From the NCBI GenBank assembly GCA_963594595.1, contig CAVBFA010000002.1:1-50845 (forward strand): a stretch of DNA of 50,845 bases. The letters run 5' to 3'. This DNA comes from Oscillibacter sp. (GTDB taxonomy: Bacteria > Bacteroidota > Bacteroidia > Bacteroidales > Bacteroidaceae). Numbering within the stretch: position 1 is the first letter of the stretch; every line of letters starts with the position of its first letter. Below the pieces are notes generated by a model, which was not told the origin of the DNA, did no database searches, and was given only the letters and a program-made list of their open reading frames with translations. Both the position numbers and the translations under genes were made by a program. Shown here piece by piece: positions 8,598 to 18,780 of this stretch.

Positions 8598-9185
8598 ATG
8601 GCATCACAAAATAACATCTATCCTCTTTTCTTCATATTGGAAAGGGTGCGTAATGGTTACATTCTTACTGCAAAGGAAGAAACAGGAGGATTAAAAGAAG
8701 CTGAATTTCGCAAGGAGGTGGTATCAGAAGACAAAATCAACGTTCGGATAGGTCAGATGCTCCACCTTGATGCAATGGTGAAAGAGCGTCCCGTTGTGTT
8801 TCATGTAGAAGCAGTCGGTGAAAGCACATACCAGATGGCGAACGAACGTTCTTCTGATGAACTGACGGAAGCAAAGCTCGCCTATGTCCACATCAACAGT
8901 AAGGATATAAAGGACGGCTCCATTCTGTCCTTGCTGATTAAGGACACCGACTCGATTGAGGTCTATGGCTTTGAGGCTGAACGAGCAGCCAAAAGCAACA
9001 ACATTCCACTGTTCAGAGTCAATGGAGTGCCTGTGCTAAGTTTTCCCAATACCAAGGATGGCAAGAAAGCCTTGGCGACTTGCGTTGGCAGGACACTACT
9101 CACGGAAATCAGCATCCAACAGCTTACAGACTGGTACCATTCCCACAAAGTATTGATGGAAAAGGAGAATAAGAAAGGGAAATAG
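8598..9185 (+). CDS. Hypothetical protein with possible degenerate MutS domain-I at C-terminus
   Basis: 195-aa ORF coupled to primase; IEVYGFEAERAAK...GVPVLSFP resembles [12 protein letters not shown]...KMAGFP of 41698-43713. Confidence 0.75.
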   Translation: MASQNNIYPLFFILERVRNGYILTAKEETGGLKEAEFRKEVVSEDKINVRIGQMLHLDAMVKERPVVFHVEAVGESTYQMANERSSDELTEAKLAYVHINSKDIKDGSILSLLIKDTDSIEVYGFEAERAAKSNNIPLFRVNGVPVLSFPNTKDGKKALATCVGRTLLTEISIQQLTDWYHSHKVLMEKENKKGK

Positions 9186-9256
9186 GCATATAATTTTGAG
9201 CAGAAAGATACAGAATATTGTACGGTTGTAAAGTTCTCAATATAAGGAAGTTTCAC

Positions 9257-9272
9257 GCTCAATATATTAAAC
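9257..9272. promoter_or_regulatory. Operator-like site GCTCAATATATTAAAC upstream of parA
   Basis: 14/16 match to recurring palindrome; weaker copy at 9186-9201. Confidence 0.55.
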
Positions 9273-9295
9273 GACATAATAAAACAATTTGAGAA

Positions 9296-10060
9296 ATGAA
9301 CACAAGAATTATCGCCGTAGCCAACCATAAAGGTGGTATCGGCAAAACCACAACAGTAGCAAATCTTGGAAGTATTCTTTCCAAGAAAGGTTTCCGTGTG
9401 TTGTTGATTGACCTTGACGCACAGGCCAATCTCACAACTTCGTTGGCATCCTCTTTTGATGGAGCCACAATCTACGAAGCACTGACCGGCAAGGTGGAAA
9501 CCTTACCAGTCATTGAAATCACAGACAGTTTGCATCTCGTTCCTGCATCCTTGACACTTGCCATGGTTGATGTGGAACTTTCCACAGCCATAGCAAGGGA
9601 GAGCATCCTGTCTGAAGTTCTGGAGAAAGCGGAAGTCTCAGCAAAATACGACTTCGTGTTGCTTGACTGCCCTCCCTCTTTGGGCTTGGTAACGCTCAAC
9701 GCCTTTACAGCCGCTACCGACATTGTCATCCCTCTCGTTTCTGAGGTGCTGCCATTCAAGGGACTGACCATGATTAACGATTTCATCAATATGGTAAGCC
9801 GAAAGCTCAACCCCCAAGCTCACATTACTGGCATCCTTATCACACGGTGGGAAGGAAGCAGGTTGTCAAAGGGCATTGAAGAAAAATTGCGTGAGGCAGT
9901 AGGTGACATCGTTTTCAATAGCAGAATACGCAAGAACATCCGTCTTGCAGAAGCCCCCTTGGAAAGTCGCAGCATTCTGGACTACGACAAGAATTGCAAC
10001 GGAGCCAAGGATTATCTGTTGTTTGCAGAAGAGTTTCTAAATAGAATGACACAAGTATAG
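9296..10060 (+). CDS. parA: ParA/Soj family partition ATPase
   Basis: Deviant Walker A KGGIGKTT, IDLDAQANLT, DCPPSLG. Confidence 0.95.
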   Translation: MNTRIIAVANHKGGIGKTTTVANLGSILSKKGFRVLLIDLDAQANLTTSLASSFDGATIYEALTGKVETLPVIEITDSLHLVPASLTLAMVDVELSTAIARESILSEVLEKAEVSAKYDFVLLDCPPSLGLVTLNAFTAATDIVIPLVSEVLPFKGLTMINDFINMVSRKLNPQAHITGILITRWEGSRLSKGIEEKLREAVGDIVFNSRIRKNIRLAEAPLESRSILDYDKNCNGAKDYLLFAEEFLNRMTQV

Positions 10061-10065
10061 GAGGA

Positions 10066-10416
10066 TTGACTATGGACAACAAGAGTCTGGACGCTTTGTT
10101 CACAGGACTTACGGTGACGGGCAACCCACAATCGGAGACAACGAACACGCCAAGAACGTCCGAAAAAGGAAAGAAGGGAAAGCCACTGTCGGCTAGAGCA
10201 AAGCAGAAAAAACTGGAGAAAGAAAGACAAGAAGAACGGTTCTGTACAATAGTTAGTTCTGACCTTCTGAAGAAAGTGCGCATAATCGCCACTCGTGAAG
10301 GGTTACAAATTAAAGATGTAGTGGAAGCTGCATTTGAGAAAGCCATCAGTAACTATGAGCGGAAACATGGAAAAATAGAAGACGACCCCAAGAAGAACGT
10401 TAAGGATCTTTTCTGA
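10066..10416 (+). CDS. Putative type Ib partition centromere-binding protein (ribbon-helix-helix)
   Basis: Small basic protein after parA; disordered N-terminus then RFCTIVSSDLLKKVRIIATREGLQIKDVVEAAF strand-helix-helix pattern. Confidence 0.7.
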   Translation: MTMDNKSLDALFTGLTVTGNPQSETTNTPRTSEKGKKGKPLSARAKQKKLEKERQEERFCTIVSSDLLKKVRIIATREGLQIKDVVEAAFEKAISNYERKHGKIEDDPKKNVKDLF

Positions 10417-10561
10417 CTTCGAACATCATTATATATATCGATACATCATAATTGATTGTGTAGGAATACTCAATTATTATGTCGTGGTGGCAGGTTGTTG
10501 TGAAACACTCTGCCACTTACGCTATTTATATCATTCTAATACAAAGGAAAAATACAATTCT

Positions 10562-10593
10562 TTGGTTCTATTCTATATTCTCATTAGAACCAA
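10562..10593. promoter_or_regulatory. Inverted repeat TTGGTTCTA-N14-TAGAACCAA upstream of tra operon
   Basis: Identical arms and spacer length at 30710-30741; 68 nt before TAATTTTG (10662-10669). Confidence 0.7.
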
Positions 10594-10705
10594 TCTACCA
10601 TTATTCCATTGGAAACCCCTGTTATTTGGAACTTTATATAAAGATAGTGGGCCATGCATGGTAATTTTGTGTTCGCAATTCACGAATTACCAACAAAAAA
10701 AATGA

Positions 10706-11407
10706 ATGATTATGAGTCCATTTATAATTTTCGTTATCGTATTGACCATCGCATATGTATTGTACTATGCGACCATAATAACAATGGATCTAAACGCGAA
10801 ATCCAAGAAAGAAGAAGAACATGAGGAAACCATTTCTGCAAGTGATACAAAAGAAGTGGAAGAAGAAAACACTCCACAGACCGTCTTGGAAGATACCAAA
10901 ACTGGAGGCTTCTCATTTTTAGAGTCAACCGAGGCACCGGGAAATCTAGTCGAAGAAGCTGCAGAAACAGAACCTGCACCAGCAATAGACGAAGGCATCC
11001 TGCCTGAGACTACAGAAACTCCGACAGACGCGAATAGAGACAATCATTTGGGTATGGAAGACAAGTCATCACAGGAAGACAATCCTGAGAATGACGATGA
11101 CAAAGAGGCTCCTATTTCAACTTCAGTGTTCCACGAAGAAGCCACATCAGAAGAAAAGCAGGAAGAACTTTTTGATGAAAGCAAGGCTTTTGATCAGGAT
11201 TTGACCCAACCTCAATATGCAGTCAGCTCAATCATTGACAATGAGAAAGACGCAGCCTTGGTTCAGCGAATAGACGCAATAAACCAAAGGTTAGTAGATT
11301 GCAAGACTGAGGGCGGATTAAGAAACCCAATGCAACTTGCCAGTGAGATACGAGAAAACAGAGAACATAGCAATATCGACTTCCAAAATGAATACACCCA
11401 ATGCTAA
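10706..11407 (+). CDS. Membrane-anchored acidic protein, first gene of tra operon
   Basis: N-terminal TM helix followed by E/D/T-rich low-complexity region. Confidence 0.8.
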   Translation: MIMSPFIIFVIVLTIAYVLYYATIITMDLNAKSKKEEEHEETISASDTKEVEEENTPQTVLEDTKTGGFSFLESTEAPGNLVEEAAETEPAPAIDEGILPETTETPTDANRDNHLGMEDKSSQEDNPENDDDKEAPISTSVFHEEATSEEKQEELFDESKAFDQDLTQPQYAVSSIIDNEKDAALVQRIDAINQRLVDCKTEGGLRNPMQLASEIRENREHSNIDFQNEYTQC

Positions 11408-11747
11408 CATCCCATACAGACTATGCACTGCACTATTGGCTGTATTATGCATTCAAGATGTTTCAGCCAGATGTGGGTCTGTGGACTATTCATGGGGAGC
11501 GGATGGACTTGCCGAAGCAACCGCATTCGTTGGCACCATGATGATATACACTGTGGAAATTCTGTATGCCGTGGCAGGTATTGTGGTGATTGTGGCCGCA
11601 TTGCAAATCGGTATAAAGATGAACTACCATGAGGGAGACATCACCAAAAGCATGATGATGCTTTTCGGCGGCATCCTCTTTATGATCGGTGCTTCAATTG
11701 TCATGCCAGCGTTGTTTGGCTATCAAGACATGAATTTCGTATTTTAG
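11337..11747 (+). CDS. DUF4134/TraE-like (VirB2-type pilin) protein
   Basis: Signal-like N-terminus and two hydrophobic helices YAVAGIVVIVAAL...GDITKSMMMLFGG; start may be the later ATG (MNTPNA). Confidence 0.75.
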   Translation: MPVRYEKTENIAISTSKMNTPNANIPYRLCTALLAVLCIQDVSARCGSVDYSWGADGLAEATAFVGTMMIYTVEILYAVAGIVVIVAALQIGIKMNYHEGDITKSMMMLFGGILFMIGASIVMPALFGYQDMNFVF

Positions 11748-11810
11748 ACTATTTAATCGCGAATAAAATAGAGTTATCACAAATTGTAGAACTAAAAAAT
11801 TAGAAAGTCA

Positions 11811-12203
11811 ATGAAAAAGTTTTTTTCAAACGTCTTTACTCCCATTAAGGCGAAAGTGTCTCACGCAAGGAATCGTGCAAAACTAATGATGATGGGTGCT
11901 GCGATTGCCGCTCTAACTCCTATCGGTGCTTCTGCACAGAACCTGGCCGGTACAGGCTATGATGCAGGAACTTCCGCATTGGAGGAGGTCGCATCCGAGT
12001 TGGTCAAGTACATTCCGTATGTAGTCAACTTGTGTTATGCTCTTGCAGGTATCGTTGCCATTGTCGGTGCCATCTCAGTATACATCGCCATGAACAACGA
12101 GGAGCAGGATGTCAAGAAGAAGATCATGATGACCGTCGGTGCTTGTATTTTCTTGATTGCCGCAGCCAATGCCCTCCCGCTCTTCTTCGGTATCAGTAAC
12201 TAA
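11811..12203 (+). CDS. traE: DUF4134/TraE (VirB2-type pilin)
   Basis: YALAGIVAIVGAISVYIAMNNEEQDVKKKIMMTVGACIFLIAAANALPLFFG motif of Bacteroidota TraE. Confidence 0.85.
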   Translation: MKKFFSNVFTPIKAKVSHARNRAKLMMMGAAIAALTPIGASAQNLAGTGYDAGTSALEEVASELVKYIPYVVNLCYALAGIVAIVGAISVYIAMNNEEQDVKKKIMMTVGACIFLIAAANALPLFFGISN

Positions 12204-12218
12204 TCCAGACGTCGTGTT

Positions 12219-12515
12219 ATGGCAGAGATAACAGAGACAAACATGGAATACCAGATGTTTAAGGGATTGCAGCGTCCTTTGGAGTTCATGGGACTTCAGG
12301 GACGCTACATCACTTGGGCAGCCGTCACCGCCGGTGTCGGCATATTGGGCTTCATGTTGGTTTACGCTCTGGTTGGTTTCCTTATCGCATTGGCATTTAC
12401 AGCAGTTTCCATAAGTAGTGGAATTTGCCTTATAATGGTCAAGCAACGAAAAGGACTCTACTCAAAGAAAAACGACAAGGGCATTTATGTCTATGCTTAC
12501 AGAGAGCGTTTGTGA
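12219..12515 (+). CDS. traF: DUF4133/TraF (VirB3-like)
   Basis: KGLQRPLEFMGLQGRYI motif, two TM helices, between pilin and VirB4. Confidence 0.85.
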   Translation: MAEITETNMEYQMFKGLQRPLEFMGLQGRYITWAAVTAGVGILGFMLVYALVGFLIALAFTAVSISSGICLIMVKQRKGLYSKKNDKGIYVYAYRERL

Positions 12516-12568
12516 AATCATTTACAGCCGATGGGAAATGTAAAGTTATAACATAGTAAACAATCAAC

Positions 12569-12603
12569 GGGTAGGCTCGATCCACGGCGGTAAGAGTCTA
12601 CCC
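12569..12603 (+). other. Intergenic stem-loop between traF and traG
   Basis: GGGTAGGCTC / GAGTCTACCC 10-bp stem with one G-U pair, 15-nt loop. Confidence 0.6.
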
Positions 12604-12624
12604 TTACTTGTATAAACAAAAACA

Positions 12625-15327
12625 ATGGTCATTTACGTTATCATTTTTCTGATTGCCGTATGCCTTGGCATGGCAATTTCCGTGTATTCTTTCGGTACAG
12701 GGAGCAAACGAGCCAAAATCTTCAAGGAAATCTATTTCTCCATCGAGGACATGGATGGTATCGGTGTGTTATACACCAAGACCGGTGAGTTTTCGGCCAT
12801 ACTTGCAATGCAGAACCCAGTACAGAAATTCTGCGCTGACATAAATGAGTATAATTCATTCTCCAATCTGTTGTCATCACTGATGTCAACCCTTGGTGAA
12901 GGCTATTCCATCCACAAGCAGGATGTTTTCACGAAAAAGAAGTTCCAATGTACGGACGAAGGCAACAAGGAGTTCCTGTCTGAAAGCTATTTCAAGTACT
13001 TCAAGGGAAGAGAGTATACGGATTGTAGCACATATATCGTCATTACACAAGAGAACAAGAAAAGCCGTCTGTTCAGTTATGATGGCAAGAAATGGAAAGA
13101 CTTTCTTGTCAAAGTCGGCAAGGTGAGGGACCAGCTTCGTGACCGTGGCGTTTCTTCACGCTTCTTGTCTGCCAGTGAAGCCAAGCTCTATGTTGACCAG
13201 TATCTTTCCCAGAACTACACGAGCAGAAATGTTTCTTTGAACAACTTCAATGTCAAGGATGACCAAATCGGCATCGGAGACAGAAAGTTCAAGGTATATA
13301 GTTTGGTGGATGTGGACAGCATTGTCCTGCCGACGCTTATCCGTCCATATACCAACATCGAGGTCAACAATATCAGTATGCCTGTGGACTTGATGTCTAT
13401 GGTGGATAGCATTCCAGAAGCAAAGAGCGTTGTCTTCAACCAAGTCATCTTCCTGCCAAGTCAGAAGCAGGAGATGAGTAGGTTGGCAAAGAAGAAGAAT
13501 CGCCATGCCTCCCTTCCAAACCCAAGCAATCAGATAGCCGTAGAGGACATCAAGAAGGTAGAAGAGCTGATAGCAAGAGAAAACAAGCAGCTTGTATATT
13601 GTCACTTCAACCTTGTGGTCACTGTCGATGTGAAAGCGGATCTTCAAAAATGCACCAACCATCTGGAGAACACCTTCGGACGTATCGGCATTCAGATAAG
13701 TCAAAGAGCTTACAACCAATTGGAGCTGTTCGTCAGCACCTTCCCTGGCAACTGCTATTCGCTGAACAAGGATTATGACCGATTCCTTACCCTAAGCGAT
13801 GCTGCTGGATGCTTGATGTATAAGGAAAAACTCCCTAAGAGTGAGGACACACCTTTGAAGGTCTATTATACAGACCGTCAAGGAGTGCCTGTAGCTATTG
13901 ATATTTCCGGTAAGGAAGGCAAGAGGAAATTGACGGACAACAGCAATTTCTTTTGTTTGGGTCCAAGTGGAAGTGGCAAATCGTTCCACATGAACAGTGT
14001 AGTACGCCAGTTATGGGAGCAGAATACCGATGTAGTTATGGTTGATACCGGTAACTCCTATGAGGGACTATGTGAGTATGTCGGTGGGAAATACATCAGC
14101 TATACGGAAGAACATCCTATCACAATGAATCCTTTCCGCATACAACGAGAGGAGTTGAACGTGGAGAAAATGGACTTTCTGAAGAACCTTATCATGCTCA
14201 TTTGGAAAGGCAACTCCGCCATACCGACAAAGATAGAGGAGTTGCTTATTGAGCAGGTTATCAAGGAGTACTACGAAGCCTATTTCGTAGGCTTTAAAGG
14301 CTACAACAAGTCCCAGATAGATGCCCTGCACAAGAAATTCCTCATTGAGACAGCCACAGAGGGCAAGCCTACCGACACCAACAAAGAGGTGGAGGAACGT
14401 ATCTGGAAGAAGATTAAGGAAATGGAAGACAGACGCAAGGCTTTGGTTGTTGATGAATTGTCATTCAACAGCTTCTTTGAATACAGTACGGAGCGCATTC
14501 CTTATATCTGCAGCGAGAATAAGATTACAGGCATAGACTTGTCTTCATACAACTACTCTTTGTCAGAGTTCTACCGTGGCGGCACATATGAGCGAACTTT
14601 GAATGAGAACATAGATAGTAGCCTGTTCGACGAGACATTCATCGTGTTCGAGATTGACACCATCAAGGACAACAAGACTCTTTTCCCTCTTGTAACGCTT
14701 ATCATTATGGATGTTTTTATCCAAAAGATGCGCATCAAAAAGAACCGCAAGGTGCTTGTCATTGAAGAAGCATGGAAAGCAGTGGCATCACCTATGATGG
14801 CAGAATACATCAAGTATCTGTATAAAACAGCCAGAAAATTCTGGGCTATGGTAGGTGTCGTTACGCAGGAGTTGCAGGATATTATTGGCTGTCCGATTGT
14901 CAAGGAAGCCATTATCAACAATTCTGATGTTACCATTCTTCTCGATCAGGGAAAGTTCAAGGAGCGTTTTGATGACATCAAGGCTGTGCTTGGATTGACT
15001 GATGTGGAGTGCAGGAAGATATTCACAATCAACCGTCTAGAGAATACGGAGGGACGAAGCTTTTTCCGAGAAGTCTTCATCCGTCGAGGTCTGGCCAGTG
15101 ATGTGTATGGTGTCGAGGAACCAAGAGAATGTTACATGACCTACACGACAGAGCGAGCTGAGAAAGAGGCATTGAAACTATATAAGGAACAACTTCAATG
15201 CAGCCATCAGGAAGCCATTGAAGCCTATTGTCGTGACTGGTTTCTTTCTGGCATAAGCAAATCCCTTGCCTTTGCGCAAAAAGTAAACAATGCAGGGCAA
15301 GTACTTAACTTGAAACAGAATAAATAG
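12625..15327 (+). CDS. traG: Conjugative VirB4-type ATPase TraG
   Basis: 900 aa; NFFCLGPSGSGKSF Walker A, VDTGNSY, VIEEAWK, KTARKF. Confidence 0.95.
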   Translation: MVIYVIIFLIAVCLGMAISVYSFGTGSKRAKIFKEIYFSIEDMDGIGVLYTKTGEFSAILAMQNPVQKFCADINEYNSFSNLLSSLMSTLGEGYSIHKQDVFTKKKFQCTDEGNKEFLSESYFKYFKGREYTDCSTYIVITQENKKSRLFSYDGKKWKDFLVKVGKVRDQLRDRGVSSRFLSASEAKLYVDQYLSQNYTSRNVSLNNFNVKDDQIGIGDRKFKVYSLVDVDSIVLPTLIRPYTNIEVNNISMPVDLMSMVDSIPEAKSVVFNQVIFLPSQKQEMSRLAKKKNRHASLPNPSNQIAVEDIKKVEELIARENKQLVYCHFNLVVTVDVKADLQKCTNHLENTFGRIGIQISQRAYNQLELFVSTFPGNCYSLNKDYDRFLTLSDAAGCLMYKEKLPKSEDTPLKVYYTDRQGVPVAIDISGKEGKRKLTDNSNFFCLGPSGSGKSFHMNSVVRQLWEQNTDVVMVDTGNSYEGLCEYVGGKYISYTEEHPITMNPFRIQREELNVEKMDFLKNLIMLIWKGNSAIPTKIEELLIEQVIKEYYEAYFVGFKGYNKSQIDALHKKFLIETATEGKPTDTNKEVEERIWKKIKEMEDRRKALVVDELSFNSFFEYSTERIPYICSENKITGIDLSSYNYSLSEFYRGGTYERTLNENIDSSLFDETFIVFEIDTIKDNKTLFPLVTLIIMDVFIQKMRIKKNRKVLVIEEAWKAVASPMMAEYIKYLYKTARKFWAMVGVVTQELQDIIGCPIVKEAIINNSDVTILLDQGKFKERFDDIKAVLGLTDVECRKIFTINRLENTEGRSFFREVFIRRGLASDVYGVEEPRECYMTYTTERAEKEALKLYKEQLQCSHQEAIEAYCRDWFLSGISKSLAFAQKVNNAGQVLNLKQNK

Positions 15328-15345
15328 ACAACAAAACCAAAGATA

Positions 15346-17964
15346 ATGAGACAGTTTGCCATCATATTAACCATCATATTCTCCTTGGCTGTGAACACAG
15401 CCAAGGCACAGTATGCCAGTGTCAATGTGGATTACAAGACAATGGAAGCCATGTCGGAAGCCTTTACAACAGAGGCCGCAATGGAGGCTCTTCACAATGA
15501 GAACCTTCAAAAGATTTACGACAGTTATAAAGCGGCTGAAATTGCCAGCGCAGGTATCTTTTCTTCCAAGTACCTTGACAGAAAGGCTCTTACCAATCTC
15601 AATCTTTGGGACGACAAGAAAGAGAACTACTATTATAACCGTATCTACAATATGGTAAGCAAGAGAATTATTCCAAAGACCATCACCTGCGCACAGCTGA
15701 TGGTCGAGGATCCTTCTACGGCAATCTACTGGGGCAGCTATCTTTTGAAAACCACAGAAGATGTAAAGTCCCTTTGCCAGCAATTTGAGAGTGTTGTGAC
15801 AAACAGCACCCTCAGCTTCAAAGATATAGCCTTTTTACAAATATCCGAAGAACTGAAAGCTGTGTTCAATATCACCCAATTAGGTGGAATCGATTGGAAG
15901 AATCTTTTTGAACACCTTGGGGATGACATAGAAAACAGTTTTACCAAAGAAAATTTGGAAAAAGACTTGGACAATCTTATCGGGAAAGGTGTTGGTATGG
16001 CCAATGCCGGCTATAACAATGGAATGAACGAATTGCTGAAAGGAACCAGTTTCGGTGGAACCTTTCAGCAGAAACTAGGCAGCATATTGACCTTTGTGGA
16101 TAATGCAAGCGGTTTGTATGCTGATTTCAAGAACAGTTCCACGCAGCACGTGTTGAACAGACTTGTGGGCGAAGATAAGATTAAAGACCTTTTCTGTATT
16201 GGTGACTATAATCTCACACGATGGATTGATGACTATTCCAAAGCCTCGCAAGGTCAATACTATACACAGAGAGTGTATATCTACAGACGAGACTACGGCT
16301 CGGAAACACTCTGTAATTACGTTCCGCCCAAGGATGACGATGCCATATTGTATGGAGACCATTGGTATAGAATAAGCACAAAGGATCCAAACTTTTCTCC
16401 AAGTTCCTCCCAATATGAGGCAATACTCTCAAATTCAGAAACTCATGCAGGATGGAGCAGAAAACGGGTTGCGGAATTAAATGCGCAAGACTCCAAGAAC
16501 ACGTATAGAATAAACAACTACATTTCAGCCTACATATTGAGCAAAAAGAAAAGTGGGCAATATGCAAAGGCATACGCTTATTCAATCAATGTAACAAAAT
16601 CGTGGGACGTAAAAGAAGAAGTATACGAAGCGGTCTATGACAGCTACAGTATGGACTGGAATACATTTATGGCTCAGATGAATGCAAGGTTGACACAATA
16701 TAATGCCAATGGTGACCATCAGGAAATCAACAACGCCGATGACTTGCAGGACTATATGGACACTCACCCCAACGAGTCCAACTACACCTATTATATAGGT
16801 TATGACACCCGACACTACTATACTGCCACAGATGCACGCAAGATAGCAGGTGCTTCTACAGCTACATTCAGTATAACCTGCCATGATGGAGGAACATTAG
16901 GAAAAGGCAGCACAACCTACAAATGTGACAAATGCGGCAGAAGCGTAAGTGAGCATACAAAGAGCTGTTCCATGCGTTCTACATTAAATGGTGATGGTGG
17001 AGCGGTACAGACTGGTGAGCTTGAAGCCAAGCTCACACAACTCCAACAAGAAGTTGACTACTTACAAAAGGAGTTGGATGCGCTCAACAAGGAAAACAGC
17101 GAGTTGTTACGCAAGATGTCCAATGCTGCCACAACTGAGGAATACAACACCTATCGTACCAAATACGAAAATAACAAGAAAAAGATAAATGAACTACAGT
17201 CGCAGCTTGACAACACCAATGACATCATCGTCCAGACCAAACAAGCCATAAAGGAAGCAGAAGATGGAGAGAAGGCTCAAACGGATGATTACAACAGAAT
17301 ACCGCAACTGATGAAAGCCATGAAAGATGCTTACGGCATCACATGGACGGACAATGGTTCTTGGACTGGCTACACGTTCATCCGTCATGGCACTGTGGGC
17401 AGCGTCAAGGGTGAGGTCGTCTTCAAAGCATCCCTTTCCATTGCGAGAAAACCAAAGTATTTCCTGGGCATCAAGATACACCGTGCAATCGTACAGATCG
17501 ACTGGCAATTGACGAGCAGTTGGAGTGACACTTCCGTTGTTGAGACTATGGAACTGGATTCCAATAACACTGATGAAGAAAATGCAAGACTCGTCAACCA
17601 ACGCATAAGCGAACTTGCCAAAGATCATCCCAACTGCGATGTCACCGTAGAATATTCTAAGACTCCAGGAATAGAAACCGATGATACGGATGGAGTCAGG
17701 CATTTGCTATGGGCAAGTGACAGACTGGAAATTGCCCGAAGCATAGAGGCACGCCTTGCAAGGATATATACCGACCTTGTTATGGTGGAAAAGTTCCTCC
17801 ATTACAAGCATAGCCTCTTAGATTGGGTACATGACCTTGTTCCCAAGCTAAATGCAGACAAAGACAGAAAGCTCACTATTGCGGAACGTTGTCGTAGACG
17901 ATGGCTGCATAACAGCGGAAGTGCATACTATGAATGGGAAGATGAAGACAATGAATATGAGTAA
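15346..17964 (+). CDS. Large secreted tra-operon protein with coiled coil
   Basis: Signal peptide (...NTAKAQ), long heptad region, small CxxC-containing module; function unassigned. Confidence 0.85.
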   Translation: MRQFAIILTIIFSLAVNTAKAQYASVNVDYKTMEAMSEAFTTEAAMEALHNENLQKIYDSYKAAEIASAGIFSSKYLDRKALTNLNLWDDKKENYYYNRIYNMVSKRIIPKTITCAQLMVEDPSTAIYWGSYLLKTTEDVKSLCQQFESVVTNSTLSFKDIAFLQISEELKAVFNITQLGGIDWKNLFEHLGDDIENSFTKENLEKDLDNLIGKGVGMANAGYNNGMNELLKGTSFGGTFQQKLGSILTFVDNASGLYADFKNSSTQHVLNRLVGEDKIKDLFCIGDYNLTRWIDDYSKASQGQYYTQRVYIYRRDYGSETLCNYVPPKDDDAILYGDHWYRISTKDPNFSPSSSQYEAILSNSETHAGWSRKRVAELNAQDSKNTYRINNYISAYILSKKKSGQYAKAYAYSINVTKSWDVKEEVYEAVYDSYSMDWNTFMAQMNARLTQYNANGDHQEINNADDLQDYMDTHPNESNYTYYIGYDTRHYYTATDARKIAGASTATFSITCHDGGTLGKGSTTYKCDKCGRSVSEHTKSCSMRSTLNGDGGAVQTGELEAKLTQLQQEVDYLQKELDALNKENSELLRKMSNAATTEEYNTYRTKYENNKKKINELQSQLDNTNDIIVQTKQAIKEAEDGEKAQTDDYNRIPQLMKAMKDAYGITWTDNGSWTGYTFIRHGTVGSVKGEVVFKASLSIARKPKYFLGIKIHRAIVQIDWQLTSSWSDTSVVETMELDSNNTDEENARLVNQRISELAKDHPNCDVTVEYSKTPGIETDDTDGVRHLLWASDRLEIARSIEARLARIYTDLVMVEKFLHYKHSLLDWVHDLVPKLNADKDRKLTIAERCRRRWLHNSGSAYYEWEDEDNEYE

Positions 17965-17982
17965 TATCAGTAACATATAAAT

Positions 17983-18762
17983 ATGAGTAAAATGAATAAT
18001 ACAGGTAATACGAAACACAATGACAACCATGTGCTGAAATGGCTCATGCTTGTATTGATGTGCATATTCCAACTGTCACCCATTGGAGTAAAGGCACAGC
18101 TTGTTCCACGCGACATCCCCACAATAGAAGCATACATCAACGACCACAAGAAGCAACGCAGTCTGTTGTTGGCACGATCCACGCTTGAAGAAAGCAACAA
18201 GCTCCTGCATCAGGCAAGCAAGGTAACACATCGTGAATACCGAGATGTCAATTGGGAACTTGACAAATACACCAAAGCGTTTGACGTGATAGACCTTGTG
18301 TACAACACTGTGAGTACAGGCTTTAACGTTTATCGAACCTATGATACGGTATCAGACAAAATCGGGAAGTACAAGTCTTTGTTGTCGGACTTCAATGAAA
18401 AAATTGTAAAACGAAAGCGTTTTGAAACTGCCGACACCCTCTTGCTTGCCGTCAACGTCAGAGCCGTAAGGAATTTGGCAACGGAGTGTCAGAACCTATA
18501 CACCTCCGTAACAGTACTCGCTGCCTATGCCAGTGGCAAAGTCCATTGTACCACAGCGTCAATGATGCTGATGATAGAGAATATCAACAAATCGTTAGAC
18601 CGTATAAAATCCATAGTTAACACGGCCTATTTCCAGACTTGGAAGTTCATAAAGGCAAGAACGAGTTATTGGAAATCAGAGCTGTATCGATCAAAGACCA
18701 TAAGAGAGGTGGCCAACGATGCCTTAGGGCGGTGGATGGAAGCCGGAATGCTTGATTATTAA
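17983..18762 (+). CDS. Secreted helical tra protein (VirB5/TraI-like by inference)
   Basis: Signal peptide (...GVKAQ), helical composition, operon position before traJ. Confidence 0.75.
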   Translation: MSKMNNTGNTKHNDNHVLKWLMLVLMCIFQLSPIGVKAQLVPRDIPTIEAYINDHKKQRSLLLARSTLEESNKLLHQASKVTHREYRDVNWELDKYTKAFDVIDLVYNTVSTGFNVYRTYDTVSDKIGKYKSLLSDFNEKIVKRKRFETADTLLLAVNVRAVRNLATECQNLYTSVTVLAAYASGKVHCTTASMMLMIENINKSLDRIKSIVNTAYFQTWKFIKARTSYWKSELYRSKTIREVANDALGRWMEAGMLDY

Positions 18763-18780
18763 CACCGAAATCACAACGAC

